Origin: Octopus vulgaris
Taxonomy: Eukaryota
Direction: 5' to 3'
Length of the DNA: 64,000 nucleotides
NCBI GenBank assembly: GCA_951406725.2
Contig: OX597832.1
Coordinates: 21,762,001 to 21,826,000, forward strand
Shown piece after piece: positions 26,074-64,000 of the stretch. The translations under genes and the position numbers were made by a program. The number at the start of each line of letters is the position of its first letter. Within the stretch, counting starts at the first letter, position 1. A model generated the notes under the pieces. It was not told the DNA's origin. It saw only the letters and a program-made list of their open reading frames with translations, and made no database searches.

Positions 26074-26278
26074 CATTGAGGATGTAAGGAACTCGTTCCA
26101 GAAGTGTGATAAAGACGGAGACGGATACATAACTATCGATGACCTTCTCAAAGCTACCAAAGAAATCGAGCGGCAGTCTTTGGCAGAGGATCAACTGCAG
26201 GCCTGGGTGGACTTTATCGACAAAAACAAAGATGGTAAAGTCGACTACTCAGAATTCATGGTCAACTTTGGTTTCTAA
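26074..26278 (+). CDS. Calmodulin-like EF-hand protein, terminal exon (IEDVRNSFQKCDKDGDGYITIDDL...FIDKNKDGKVDYSEFMVNFGF*)
   Basis: Two canonical EF loops, DKDGDGYITIDD and DKNKDGKVDYSE; ttccag acceptor; TAA stop. Confidence 0.92.
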
Positions 26279-26941
26279 ACCATTCCAATTGGCTCATAAC
26301 CATAAACCGAATCCATATCATCTTACTATACATATATACACACATACAGACACACAAATAGCATGCTCTTCTGTGATGATAAGTCAACAAAAAATGTACA
26401 CCATCTGGGGAGAGATACATATTATCTAATAAACACAATATATGTATTGATGTGCTACTATTACTTTCCTGTGCTGAGAGCATGTCAAACAGTGTTTTAT
26501 AATGTTTGGTGTTCTAGCACAATCATCAGACACTGTAAGCAGTGTCTGATGATTGTGCTAAGATACCAGATGTATTAAAAGACGCTGTTTGGCATGCTCT
26601 CAGCACAGGAAACTAATAGTAGCACATAAATACATATAGTGTTTATTAAATAATATATGTATATATATATATATTTTTATATAAACATTGTCATCCACAC
26701 ATACACAATGTACATGCTCTGTTTGTTTGCCAGTAGGCCACAAAGCAGATACATTATGTACGTGTGTTCAATAATGTTTACAATACTAGCACTGCTTCTA
26801 TGCATAGGTACACATAAACACACACACACACACTTATATAAATATATATATATATACATAGACATATACACACGCATATACACATGTTTATTTATTACAC
26901 TACTCACACATATAGATTATGTGTATACCATTTTTGAAGTA

Positions 26942-26947
26942 AATAAA
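26942..26947 (+). terminator. Candidate polyadenylation signal of the EF-hand gene
   Basis: AATAAA followed by a T-rich tract about 660 nt after the stop. Confidence 0.4.
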
Positions 26948-27602
26948 TATTTCTGAAGTTTTACTCTTTGCTCATTTTCTATGCCATATCTTTTTTTTTT
27001 TTGTTCCAATATTTTCGGTATTAAAAATTTTGGAAAATTAACCTAACACTACCAGTGGCACTCAACCATGGTTCATATGATCTCTGGGGAACGAGTAGTC
27101 CATATAAGATTTTTTGGGGGTCCACACATGCAACATAGTAAATTGAAGACCCACAGTAATATTTTAAGGGTCCATAAAAAGGAAATTTTGCAAAGAAACA
27201 GCTAGGATTCATTTTGTAATGTTTTTACATACTTCAACATGTCTCCAGCCACTGGAAAAAAAAAAGAGAATGTTCTTTCAGTGAGTGCAAATGCAAACTT
27301 ATATAAATGAAAGACAAAAATGGGAATTTTGAAAGAAGTAGCGATAGAACTAGTTTTTAAACATGGAATGGATATGTGGGTCCATCAAAATAAAATAGTC
27401 ATCAATTGAGCCCATAAATAAAAAAAAAGATAGTTCAGTACCAGTGGTCTAAAGAGAGGTACACTTTAGCTATGAGTGTAAAACAGCAGAGCAGGATGGA
27501 ATGAAGCTTTGTATAAAATTTTGAAGGCAGCAGAATATAGGCGCAGGCATAGCTGTAAAGTTAAGAAGCAAGCTTTACAACCTCTACATATCACCTTAGG
27601 CA

Positions 27603-27899
27603 GAGTCATCTCCCTTAGATCATTTTCAGTTAGGTCTATGTCCCTGTTGAAAATATCAGAAGGTGGTGGCATTCCTTGAGTTGGAAAATTTGGTATTCCA
27701 TGTTTCTAACAGAAATTTCCTCTGATGAGGGCACTGACTAAACATCTCTTTTTTTGAGTTTAAAAAGGGTCTACATCAGAGGAAAATTCTTTTTAAAAAT
27801 ATGGAATTCCCCATTTGCTGACTAAAGAAATGCTACCACCGTCAGATGTCTTTGGCAGGTGTATGGACGTAACTGGAACTAATCTAAGGGAGATAACTC
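27603..27899. mobile_element. Old foldback/MITE-like palindrome
   Basis: Imperfect inverted arms of about 125 bp. Confidence 0.6.
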
Positions 27900-28479
27900 C
27901 ACCTCACTCAAAAGTTTTACCAGTTAAGTTTCATTCCAGAATTTTTGTTTACAAACTGACCATAACGTTTCTCTCCCTCTAGTTGTAGAAAAATTATATG
28001 TCTCTGGCCATTTGAGTCTGATGAGTTGCCTGTACGGCTAAACACTTTATAGGTGTGAAACCAATGGTCACTTTCTGACTGACCATAACAAATAACATCA
28101 TATATATATGTATATATAGATGCACATAAATATATGTGTATGCATGTCTGTGTATGTTGAAAAAAAAAACCATACAACTCCACCCACTAAATTTATTCCA
28201 GTAGCAACAGGAAACCATTCCACTAATATTATCTCACCAAAGATGAAGAAAGAGACTCACCACCATTATTTGCTGTCTTCTTTCCAGGCTGGCATGGCTT
28301 AGATGGATTGTCAGACAGAATCAGTTCTTATTCAGAGTTACTGCCCCCCGCTAAACAAAGATGAGGGGGACAGATTTCATCCATTAGTTCCATATGTGAA
28401 TATTTAGCCATGACAGAAGACTAAGCCAATCACCTACTGATGGATGTTTCATCATCATCATCATCATCATCATCCATCA

Positions 28480-28730
28480 TTTTAAATCAGGATTTTGTCC
28501 CCATTAACAGGGGGTGGCCAGATCTACCTCAATGCCATAGCAACTGCCAAGGCTCCTCCTCCATCTTTTCCTCAGTCTACCTTGCTTTCACTGTCCATTT
28601 ACCTCAAACTCTAGCACACGCTTCAGAACATGTTCCTCGTCCATCCTATGCCCATACCACCGCACTCCATTTGCCGTTGCCAGCCGTTCCACTGATTCCT
28701 CCAGCCCCAGCATCCCCATCAAGTCTCCTC
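28480..28730 (-). mobile_element. RTE-type LINE 3' fragment
   Basis: Reverse translation LGLEESVERLATANGVRWYGH.RMDEEHVLKRVLEFEVNG resembles an RTE ORF C-terminus. Confidence 0.75.
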
Positions 28731-29102
28731 AGTCCTCCTCTTATCAAACAGCCTCATGCCAGACAAAGGATTATCAATTAATAAGACTTGTGGATAACAG
28801 GTGTTATCCATTTCCAAACTTCTGTGGAAGACCGATTTAGTCATTTAGTTTCCTCTGCCAGTCCTGTTACTGCAGGGGAGAAAACTCCTATGCTGACATG
28901 ATGCACCTACCGTGTTCTAAAGGTTAATTAGAGCAGAGTGCAAGCTAAAGGTTTAGCATAACTCCATACCAAAAGTTTAACCATTTAGCATTCAAATTAC
29001 TCTGCCAAAACTAATGCTTATTTATTCACACTATTTTGAAAAATTAAAAATTATCCACTACATGGCTATATCTTGAAGAAGAATGCATCCTTTAAGTTAT
29101 AT

Positions 29103-29510
29103 AGGCGCAGGAGTGGCTGTGTGGTAAGTAGCTTGCTTACCAACCACACGGTTCCGGGTTCTGTCCCACAGCGTGGCACTTTGGGCAAGTGTCTTCTACT
29201 ATAGCCTCGGGCCGACCAAAGCCTTGTGAGTGGATTTGGTAGACAGAAACTGAAAGAAGCCCGTCGCATATATATATATATATGTATATATATGTGCGTG
29301 TCTGTGTTTGTCCCCCCCAACATCGCTTGGCAACCGATGCTGGTGTGTTTACGTCCCCGTTACTTAACGGTTCGGCAAAAGAGACCGATAGAATAAGTAC
29401 TAGGCTTACAAAGATCAAGTCCTGGAGTTGATTTGCTAGACTAAAAAGGCGGTGCTCCAGCATGGCCACAGTCAAATGACTGAAACAAGTAAAAGAGCAA
29501 AGAGTAAAAG
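29103..29510 (+). mobile_element. SINE family A
   Basis: Family consensus. Confidence 0.9.
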
Positions 29511-29688
29511 AGCATTATCTCTTGACAGTTCAATGATGTGATTTTCAATTAATTTAGAAACTAATGAAGAATTCAGTAAAATAATTGCTGCTATTAAATT
29601 GTTATTTGGAATATTAATCAAATTAAAATTTCGAAGAAAGCTTTTCATTGAAATCACTTCAAAATAAAAAAAAATTGTGTCAAAAAAA

Positions 29689-30095
29689 AGGCGCAGGAGT
29701 GGCTGTGTGGTAAGTAGCTTGCTAACCAACCACATGGTTCCGGGTTCAGTCCCACTGCGTGGCATCTTGGGCAAGTGTCTTCTGCTATAGCCCCGGGCCG
29801 ACCAATGCCTTGTGAGTGGATTTGGTAGATGGAAACTGAAAGAAGCCCGTTGTATATATGTATATATATATATATGTGTATGCGTGTTTGTGTGTGTGTG
29901 TTTGTCCCCCTAGCATTGCTTGACAACCGATGCTGGTGTGTTAACGTCCCCGTTACTTAGCGGTTCGGTAAAAGAAACCGATAGAATAAGTACTGGGCTT
30001 ACAAAGAATAAGTCCTGGGGTCGATTTGCTCGACTAAAAGTGGTACTCCAGCATGGCTGCAGTCAAATGACTGAAACAAGTAAAAGAGTAAAAGA
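29689..30095 (+). mobile_element. SINE family A
   Basis: Family consensus. Confidence 0.9.
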
Positions 30096-30151
30096 GAGAG
30101 AGTATGGAACCAAGGTCAGCGTCAAAATTATATCAGTTTGCTCACGCTTAA

Positions 30152-30372
30152 CCCTTTCGTTACTGTATTTATTTTGAGATGTTCTTTGTTTCTTTCAATT
30201 ACTTTAAATATAACAAAGAATTTAGTAAAATAACTTAGTTATCATGAAGCTGGTGTTATGAACATAAATTGTTACTAAAGTTTAGTCGAAGATTTTAATT
30301 CAAAACTTTTGAAAAACAAGACTCTGTACTACAGAGCCAGAGCCGGTTTCAGCCAGGTTGGTAACGAAAGGG
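30152..30372. mobile_element. piggyBac-like MITE
   Basis: TTAA|CCCTTTCGTTAC...GTAACGAAAGGG|TTAA; related end at 8090. Confidence 0.85.
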
Positions 30373-33300
30373 TTAATAATAAATATAAACACAATTATTT
30401 ATAACATACAAATATTTTGGAAGATTTTTTCTTTTTTCCTTCTTTATTTTCATTTGTTACAAATATAAAAAAGCAAGACGGAAATGATAAAATAAAAATA
30501 AATATATCTGTATATATATATATATGTATATGTATGCGTATATATGTGAGGGTGTCTGTTTGTATGTATATCTATATATGTGTGTGTGTGTGTGTATGCA
30601 TATGTATGTGTAGGGTGTGTATATATATATATATGTGTGTGTGTATGCATATGTATGTGTAGGGAGTGTATATATGTGTGTGTGTATGCATATGTGTAGG
30701 GTGTGTATATATAATGTGTGTGTGTGTATGCATATGTATGTGTAGGGGTGAGTGTATATATATATATTTATGTGTATAGGTACACACATCCTCATCCAGT
30801 GTTTTAAATCCAGGTTTTGTCCCTGTTAACGGGGGTGGCCGGTCTACCTCACTGCCATAGCAACCGAGGAAGGCAGGTGCAGCCCACCCCAACCTTTGGA
30901 CTGGCTGGTGCCCATTCTCCTTTGCTATCATGAGGCTTTTTTGGAGCTGGATTTTCTACGGGGTGCATGCCCTCGCTTACTTATACCCAACCTCAGTTTC
31001 TAGACATGAGTGGTTCCCGAGACCAAGGCCTCTACCACGACTTTAAAGAAATGGGGTGAGAAACAGGTAAATATTTGAGTACATATGTGTGTGTATATGT
31101 ATGTGCATGTGTGTGTGTGTGTGTATATACTCTGATGTGTCATAAGTACTGTGCGTAAACATGTGTATTAAAACAATACATAATACTTAAAAAAATACAT
31201 GCTTTTTCAAAAACACTTGCCAAAGAATATACAATGGTATAAAAAATTTCATTCTTTTACTAGTTTCGGACATTAGACTGTGGTTAATGTGTGTGGAGGG
31301 GTTGGAGTTGGAGTGGGGGGTGGGTGACACCATATAAAAGATGGAACAAAAGAGTACGGCGTTGGTATTAGAACACGGAGCAGGAGACAGAAAACTATAC
31401 ATAGATGCAGACATTAGGTATGTGGTTAAGGAGTTTGTTAACATCTGTTATGAACCGGGTTCAATATCACGGCCCAGCACCTGGGGTAAAAAAAATCACC
31501 TGGCATGGTTTGACGAGTAGACTAATACTTGACAAGTGAAACTTGACTGTGTGGAGTCTGTCAAATTTCATCATCATTTGACATAAATTTTTTTTTGTTA
31601 TGTTGGCATGGATTGGACAATTTGACAGGACCTGGCAAGCTGCGGGGCTGTGCAGAGCTCAACTGCCAGTTTTGGTACGGTTTCTATGGCTGGATGTCCT
31701 TCCTGATGCCAAACACTTTACAGTGCGGACTGGGTGCTTTTTACATGGCACCTGCATTTCTGAGGTCACCAGGTAACTCACAAAGGAACAGAAAGGAATA
31801 AGAGAAAATAAACAGAGAGAGAATAAAAAAAACTTCTAGATTTAAGATGAAAAGAAGAAGAAAGGGAGAGAGAGAAAGGCAAAGTAACAAAATATGGTGT
31901 ATGAAAAAAACCAAGTTCAAAAATGTTCAAACATGGTATATTCGAGCGATTTTTCATCAAGGGAAGAGTCCAGTGAAATCTGCAGGTTAAAGCAGGATAA
32001 GACTGGGGTGACCACATGAGCATAAAATATATAGTTGAAATTTACAGAAAGACAAAAGACAAAGACAGGTGTATGAACAACAGGCAGGTGTATTAGTTTG
32101 ATGAAGAGAAGTAACTCTGACTAGCATAGACAAATAAAGGTATATGAAATGGCACACCACATGAATTCTTGATTCACTAAAATTATTTATGCTTCCAGAG
32201 AAGGTAAAACAATCACTGGGACCAACTCCAAATGAGATGAAGCAATAACCTCAAGAACTGGGAAGTCTCCAAACTTGATCGTTTTACTAAGTACATTCTT
32301 CTTAATTTTTACAAGACAAAATTTGACGATGACATCAAAGTTTTGGTGGGACTGAACCCGGAACCATGTGGTTGGTAAGCAAGCTACTTACCACATAGCC
32401 ACTCCTGTGCCTATTGACTGGAATATTTATAAAAATTCAATCCATACCATGTTAAATGATCGGATAGATAGATAGATGGATTGATCGATAAGATGGATGG
32501 ATGGATTGATCAATACATGTATCGATCGATAGATGGATAGATAGATAAGACACATAGGCAGGTAGATATATACATACATGCACATATGTAAAATTATTTT
32601 AAAAAACATTAAAAATATTTTAAAAAAACATTATAAGAACACAACTGCAGTGTGGAAGGTGTTTATAAGCCTTATAAACACCTTCCACGCAGCAATTGTT
32701 TTCGTTCCAGCACACGATCTCAGTTCAGGTCACTTGCTATGCAAGTACATCTCCGTAAAAATATAAGAACAATGTATGACAAATACAATGATGAGTTTAA
32801 TGCTAGAAAATTTGTGATAGATATGGAGTGTTTTAACATTTCGGACATTAGTCCTTTTCAAGAAAGAAAAGGAGAGAGAAAAAGAGAGACAGACCGCCAG
32901 TGTGTGCCAAAAGTTTTTAAAAAATAATTAAAAAATTAATGAATAAAAGTATTTATTGACCAGGACATGGTCAATAAATGAGAATGTTGAACAAAAATAC
33001 CTTGTGGTATTCAGTCCACCAAGCTTGGTCCCTTAGGTGGACTTCAATAGAGATCGATAAGACAAGTAGTGGAAGAAAGTTTTGGGAGTGGAGGTGAGAG
33101 GGGGTGGGTGGCAAATTTCACGAAAACCTTTGGAGACAAAAGCTCCAGTATGACCACAGTCCAGTGACCGAAAACTGCGAGGAAATAAAAGTAAATGAAT
33201 ACAAACAGAACAGAGTCTAATTAGGAAGCTTAACGAAGCCCACTTTCAATTAAGCTCGTTAGGAAACACATCTGTGTGATTGTGCATGCATGTGTGTGTG

Positions 33301-33781
33301 TTTGTGTATCCGTTTCTACTCTAGGCACAAGGCCCAAGATTTTGTGGGAGGGGGCCAGTCAATTAGCTCGACCCCAGTATGCAACTGGTACTTAATTTAT
33401 CGACCCCGAAAGGATGAAAGGCAAAGTCGACCTCGGTGGAATTTGAACTCGGAACGTAAAGACAGACGAAATACCACTAAGCATTTCGCCCGGTGTGCTA
33501 ACGTTTCCCCCATCTCGCTGTCTTACGTTTGTGTATTATCGTATATATGTGTATGTGTGTATGCATGTACGTATGAGTATGTATATGCATGTACATATGT
33601 ATGTATATGTGCATATATATGTATGTGAGTATATGTATATGTGCATATGTATGTGTGTGTGTGTGTATGTGTGTGTGTGCATGCTCACACACAGGAAGTG
33701 TATATATTACATATATAAAAAATAAAAGTACATGCTGGTAGCTGGTGTGAAGTGAACTGCAAACAAACAAACGAAGAACAC

Positions 33782-59798
<26,017 letters not shown>

Positions 59799-59948
59799 GG
59801 TCTTCCTTTCTTCCTCAACATCCAACGTTTATGACGCCGTTCCCACCGTGCCCTGTCCGTACAATATTTGTTTCTAAAGACAGGAGAGGTGTCTGCGGTG
59901 GTGTTTATTTCGTGCTTAGACAAGGGAGGTAAGTCTTATCTGACTTAC

Positions 59949-60060
59949 ACATTCCAAAACAAGGAAGCAAAGCAAAGGCGCAAAGAAGCCGCAACGTGAC
60001 TCATTCACAAATAAGTCAAATCAAAGAGGAAGGACTATATTCTTCTCTGATTGGCAGAAT
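59949..60060 (-). promoter_or_regulatory. Probable LRRC40 non-coding first exon and proximal promoter
   Basis: Candidate 75-nt 5' UTR intron 59948-59874 (GTAAGTCA...ctcctgtctttAG); CCAAT box (ATTGG 60050-60054); TGACTCA at 59997-60003. Confidence 0.5.
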
Positions 60061-60217
60061 AGTGTAGAACTTAGAATAAAAATCGTGGAATCTTATGACT
60101 CTCTTTACGCACTACGTTCGAATCCCGCCGATGTCAATTTATCTTTAATTTTTTCCCCGAGGTGGAGGGCGGGGAGACGATAAAAAAAAAGTAATAAGTC
60201 AGATAGGTACTACTTAA

Positions 60218-60476
60218 GAAGAGAGGTGCCGGTGCGCGCACTCGTGTACTCGCGCATCCGTGCTAGCTAGTCGTGACTAGTCGATCCTTACTTTGTGTTT
60301 TTGTTTTATTTACTTTGTTTAAAAAAATTATTTAATTTGTGTTTTTGTGTTTTTACTTTGTTTTAAAAAATTATTCATTTTGTGTTTTATTTACTTTGCT
60401 AGGTAGTCATTGTAGGATCGACTAGTCACGACTAGCTAGTGCGGATACGCGAGTGCGCGCACCGGGACCACTCTTC
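60218..60476. mobile_element. CpG-rich Kolobok-like MITE flanked by TTAA
   Basis: Inverted arms of about 70 bp, TTAA|GAAGAG...CTCTTC|TTAA. Confidence 0.7.
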
Positions 60477-60483
60477 TTAAGTT

Positions 60484-60899
60484 GGGATCTTTTCGGTTTG
60501 AACGGCAGTTTTTTCTAGCGGTATCATGAAATTGTCACCCATAATTATGACCCTAGTATCGATCTATTGCATTTCAATCTGTTTTAAGGTTAGAGTTAGG
60601 ATTAGGGGTGGAGGGAAGGGTATATTTTTTTCTTCACAAATGTAAATAAAACCAATCTGTTTCTTAAACGAGGGACATATTCATATGGCACAGAATGTTT
60701 TCACCTCAATAGACATCATTGATTAGTTGAAATTGAAGAGAAAAAAAACAACAAATATCTTACAAACTATAGAATTTTCTCAATAAAGCCAAGAGAAAAA
60801 GATGTTTTATGAACACATTCTACCAATATACGAAGTTTAAAAGTGTTTAGTTATGTGGAAATTATTTTTAAAAACTGCCATTCAAACCGAAAAGATCCA
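60484..60899. mobile_element. MITE family M1 copy
   Basis: Near-identical to 4698-5150. Confidence 0.85.
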
Positions 60900-61560
60900 A
60901 AAATCGTGGAATCTTATGACTCTTTACGCACTGCGTTCAAATCCCACCAATGTCAATTTCGTCTTTAATTTTGCCGAGGTGAGGGGGTGGGGCGAGGAGA
61001 CGATAAAAAAAAATAAGTCAGATACTGAGGTCGATATAATCGTTTCTTTTTCATTCAAAATTGAAACCGTGTGCTTATATAAAAAATCAATGTTTATTTT
61101 GTTGTTGTTGTTCAGCCCCGACTAAGCAGGCCTATGATCAACGGCTTTCCAATCATGACAGCCTCATCTTGTTTACATTAATGATGTATCCCGAGTGGTC
61201 AGGGAGTATAACGTACCGTTTTTACTTGAGAAAAATTTGACTTCATTTTGTGTTTCGCACATATAGAATGTCAGGGATAATAATGCATGAATTACAAAGA
61301 GCGCTATGGACAAAGGGTCGGGAATAGGGGGTGCAAGTACACCCCCTAAAAATTTTGTGGGGCAATAAAAACCCTTAAAATATCATCCTGAAGATTTCTT
61401 TATCGCCAAAGGATCGAGTGTAGAAACACTTTTGGACTGATTTGAAGCATTGCTTTTCCATTATCGGATTTGATCGATGCACAAATATAAATTTTGGACC
61501 TGGGCTTGCAACCCCTAAGCAGATTTCTATCCTGCACTTATGAATATATATGTATGTATT

Positions 61561-61876
61561 AAGTGGAGGACTGTCCTGGTTGCCAGCTTTCCCGATGGTA
61601 AGTGGGCCCCTGTGCCTTTAAAATCCATATAGGGGGGGCCCATGTTAGTATCTAAGGGGCACAGCCATCTCATGTTTGAGAATTTTATAGTCACTCTTCG
61701 AAGAATGCATTAATTATTTCAGCCTCGCTGTGTTTGCAGACAGTTGAAAAAAATACTTTTAACAAATATATATATATATATATAGTTAATCCAAACAAGA
61801 AAACACAAAAAACACAACAACGCGAGGACGTGGAACAAATATAGTATTATTGGACGCTCAGGAAAGAAGGGAAGAA

Positions 61877-61907
<31 letters not shown>

Positions 61908-61997
61908 ACATTGGAGTTGCGGGTGGGCCCCCTTGTAGTTGCGAGAGGGCCTACTTAGTCTCCTGGCAACCATATTTTTAGACTCAGTGCGCCAATG
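61561..61997. mobile_element. hAT-like MITE, second copy, interrupted by (TA)n and another repeat fragment
   Basis: Reverse complement of the two halves of 35251-35988. Confidence 0.65.
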
Positions 61998-62229
61998 TAT
62001 GTATGTATGTATGCAAGTATATATGTATGTATATATGTATGTATGCATGTATGAATGTATGTGTGTGTGTATGTATGTACGTATGTGTGTGTATGTATGT
62101 GTGTATGTATGTGTGTATGTATGTACGTATGTGTGTGTATGTATGTATGTGTGCAAATTTGTATGTTTTGTTTCATGTATGTATTACCATGCATATAGTT
62201 GCTTATCTAGACATGTTCATATATATTTA

Positions 62230-62395
62230 AATGATAACAATCTGCAAAGTTTTACAGATTCTTACAGTTCCACTGATGGATTGGATCTGTAGTTTTCGAA
62301 TTAGATTTTTCTCCTCTGATTTTGAGAGGCCTAATTTCTCAAGATTGGTATTTAGGCAGAGTGATATATATCCCAGTGCTCCAATGATTTACAGG
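62230..62395 (-). mobile_element. R4/Dong-like LINE C-terminal remnant
   Basis: IIGALGYISLCLNTNLEKLGLSKSEEKNLIRKLQIQSISGTVRICK. Confidence 0.65.
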
Positions 62396-62426
62396 TATAA
62401 ACCTGGTATGTATGTATGTATGTATG

Positions 62427-63090
62427 TTACTCTTTTACTTGTTTGACTGTGGCCATGCTGGAGTACCGCCTTTAGTCGAGCAAATCGACCCCAGGACTTA
62501 TTCTTTAGAAGCCTAGTACTTATTCTATCGATCTCTTTTGCCGAACCGCTAAGTTACGGGGGACGTAAACACACCAGTATCGGTTGTCAAGCGATGTTGA
62601 TGGGTGGGGGGGGGAGACAAACACAGACACACAAACACATATATATACATATACATATATACGACGGGTTTCTTTTCAGTTTCCGTCTACCAAATCCACT
62701 CATAAGGCTTTGGGCGGCCCGAGCTCAGTCGCACTGCGTGGCACTTCGGGCAAGTGTCTTCTACTATAGCCACGGGACGACCAAAGCCTTGTGAGTGGAT
62801 TTGGTAGACGGAAACTGAAAGAAGCCCGTCGAATACATACATATATATATATACCTGTATGTGTGTGTCTGTGTTTATCCCCACCACCACCGCCGCCGCC
62901 GCTTGACAATCGCTGTTGGTTTGTTTATATCCCCGTAACTTAGCGGTTCGGTAAAACAGACCGAAAGAATAAATATCAGGCTTAAAAGAAAGAAGGAAAA
63001 AAAAAAAAGAATGGGGTCGATTCGTACAACTAAAATTTCGTCAAAGCGGTGCCCCAGCATGGCCGCAGTCTAATGACTGAAGCACGTAGA
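62427..63090. mobile_element. Two 5'-truncated family A SINEs joined head-to-head
   Basis: Minus copy to about 62720, plus copy from about 62725. Confidence 0.8.
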
Positions 63091-63364
63091 AGATAATCTA
63101 TTATAACCTGACTGAGACGGTCATTGCGTGTAGCTACCTTGACGCTGCGGTAATCTCGTATGCAAGAATCGATAATGAAATCGTTCTGCGTCTTTGAATA
63201 GCCAGTAATTCTTTTGGAAATTTACCTGAGCGTCTCTGGAAAGATCATGGCGCTTCATTCAAATCCGAGGTGCAATTTTATCCCAGATCTATTTTAATGG
63301 TATGAGAGGTGGACTGCATACAAAAATCAAATCGACTTTGTGGACGCGTCGCTTTCGGACATTA

Positions 63365-63925
63365 CTGTCAGAATCGTTGGCACACCGGATAAAATGCTTA
63401 GCGGCATTTCGTCCGTCTTTACGTTTCGCCTTCAAACTCCGCTGGGGTCGACTTTGCCTTTCATCCTTTCGAGGTCGATAAATTAAGAACCAGTCAAGCA
63501 TGTAATCGACTTACTCCTGACCACGAACGTGCTAACTTGTCGCCAAAATTTGAAACTAATATTTTCCTAAGGCGGCGAGCTGACAGAATCTTATTTCGCC
63601 TGCCGGTACGTTCTGAGTTCAAATTCCGCCGAGGTCGACTTTGCCTTTCATCTTTTCGGGGTTGATAAATTAAGTACCAGTTACGCACTGGAGTCGATGT
63701 AATCGACTTAATCCGTTTGCCTGTCCTCTCTGTGTGTAGCCCCTCGTGGGCAATAAAGAAATAGGCATTACGTCCATCTTTACGTTCTCAGTTCAAATTC
63801 TTCCGAGATCGACTTTGCCTTTCATCCTTTCGCGGTCTATAAAATAAGTACCAGTTGAGCACTGGAGTCGATGTAATCGACTTACCTCCAGCCTCGAAAT
63901 TACTGGCCTAATACCAAAATTTAGA
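63365..63925 (+). mobile_element. Family B SINE cluster (three units)
   Basis: Family consensus. Confidence 0.78.
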
Positions 63926-64000
63926 AGCTCAACCGGAACGAATCACCAGGGTACACTTTATTGCATTATGTTACAGAAAACAATGTAATAATGTGTGTAT

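Overview
AT-rich, microsatellite- and SINE-dense animal genomic DNA. The repeat families look like those of an octopus or other coleoid cephalopod (inference from recalled repeat families). Nearly all ORFs in the supplied track are artefacts of microsatellites and SINEs. Two real spliced genes were reconstructed by hand. (1) A complete 14-coding-exon LRRC40 orthologue on the minus strand (59798->33782; 1863 nt, 620 aa; all introns GT-AG and phase-consistent). (2) The last two exons of a divergent calmodulin-like EF-hand gene on the plus strand (24472-24569, 26074-26278), convergent with LRRC40; its 5' exons were not found. The rest is tRNA-derived SINEs, CR1/L2-, RTE- and R4-type LINE fragments, a probable DIRS recombinase remnant, several MITE families and two ~21-bp minisatellites. 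The most interesting signals are: a multi-copy tRNA-headed element carrying a minimal hammerhead-ribozyme motif with Penelope-like inverted 3' copies (candidate retrozyme); a separate atypical hammerhead-like fold in LRRC40 intron 1, sense strand; a long hairpin with several G-U wobbles in the EF-hand gene 3' UTR; and SINE/LINE shared 3' tails.
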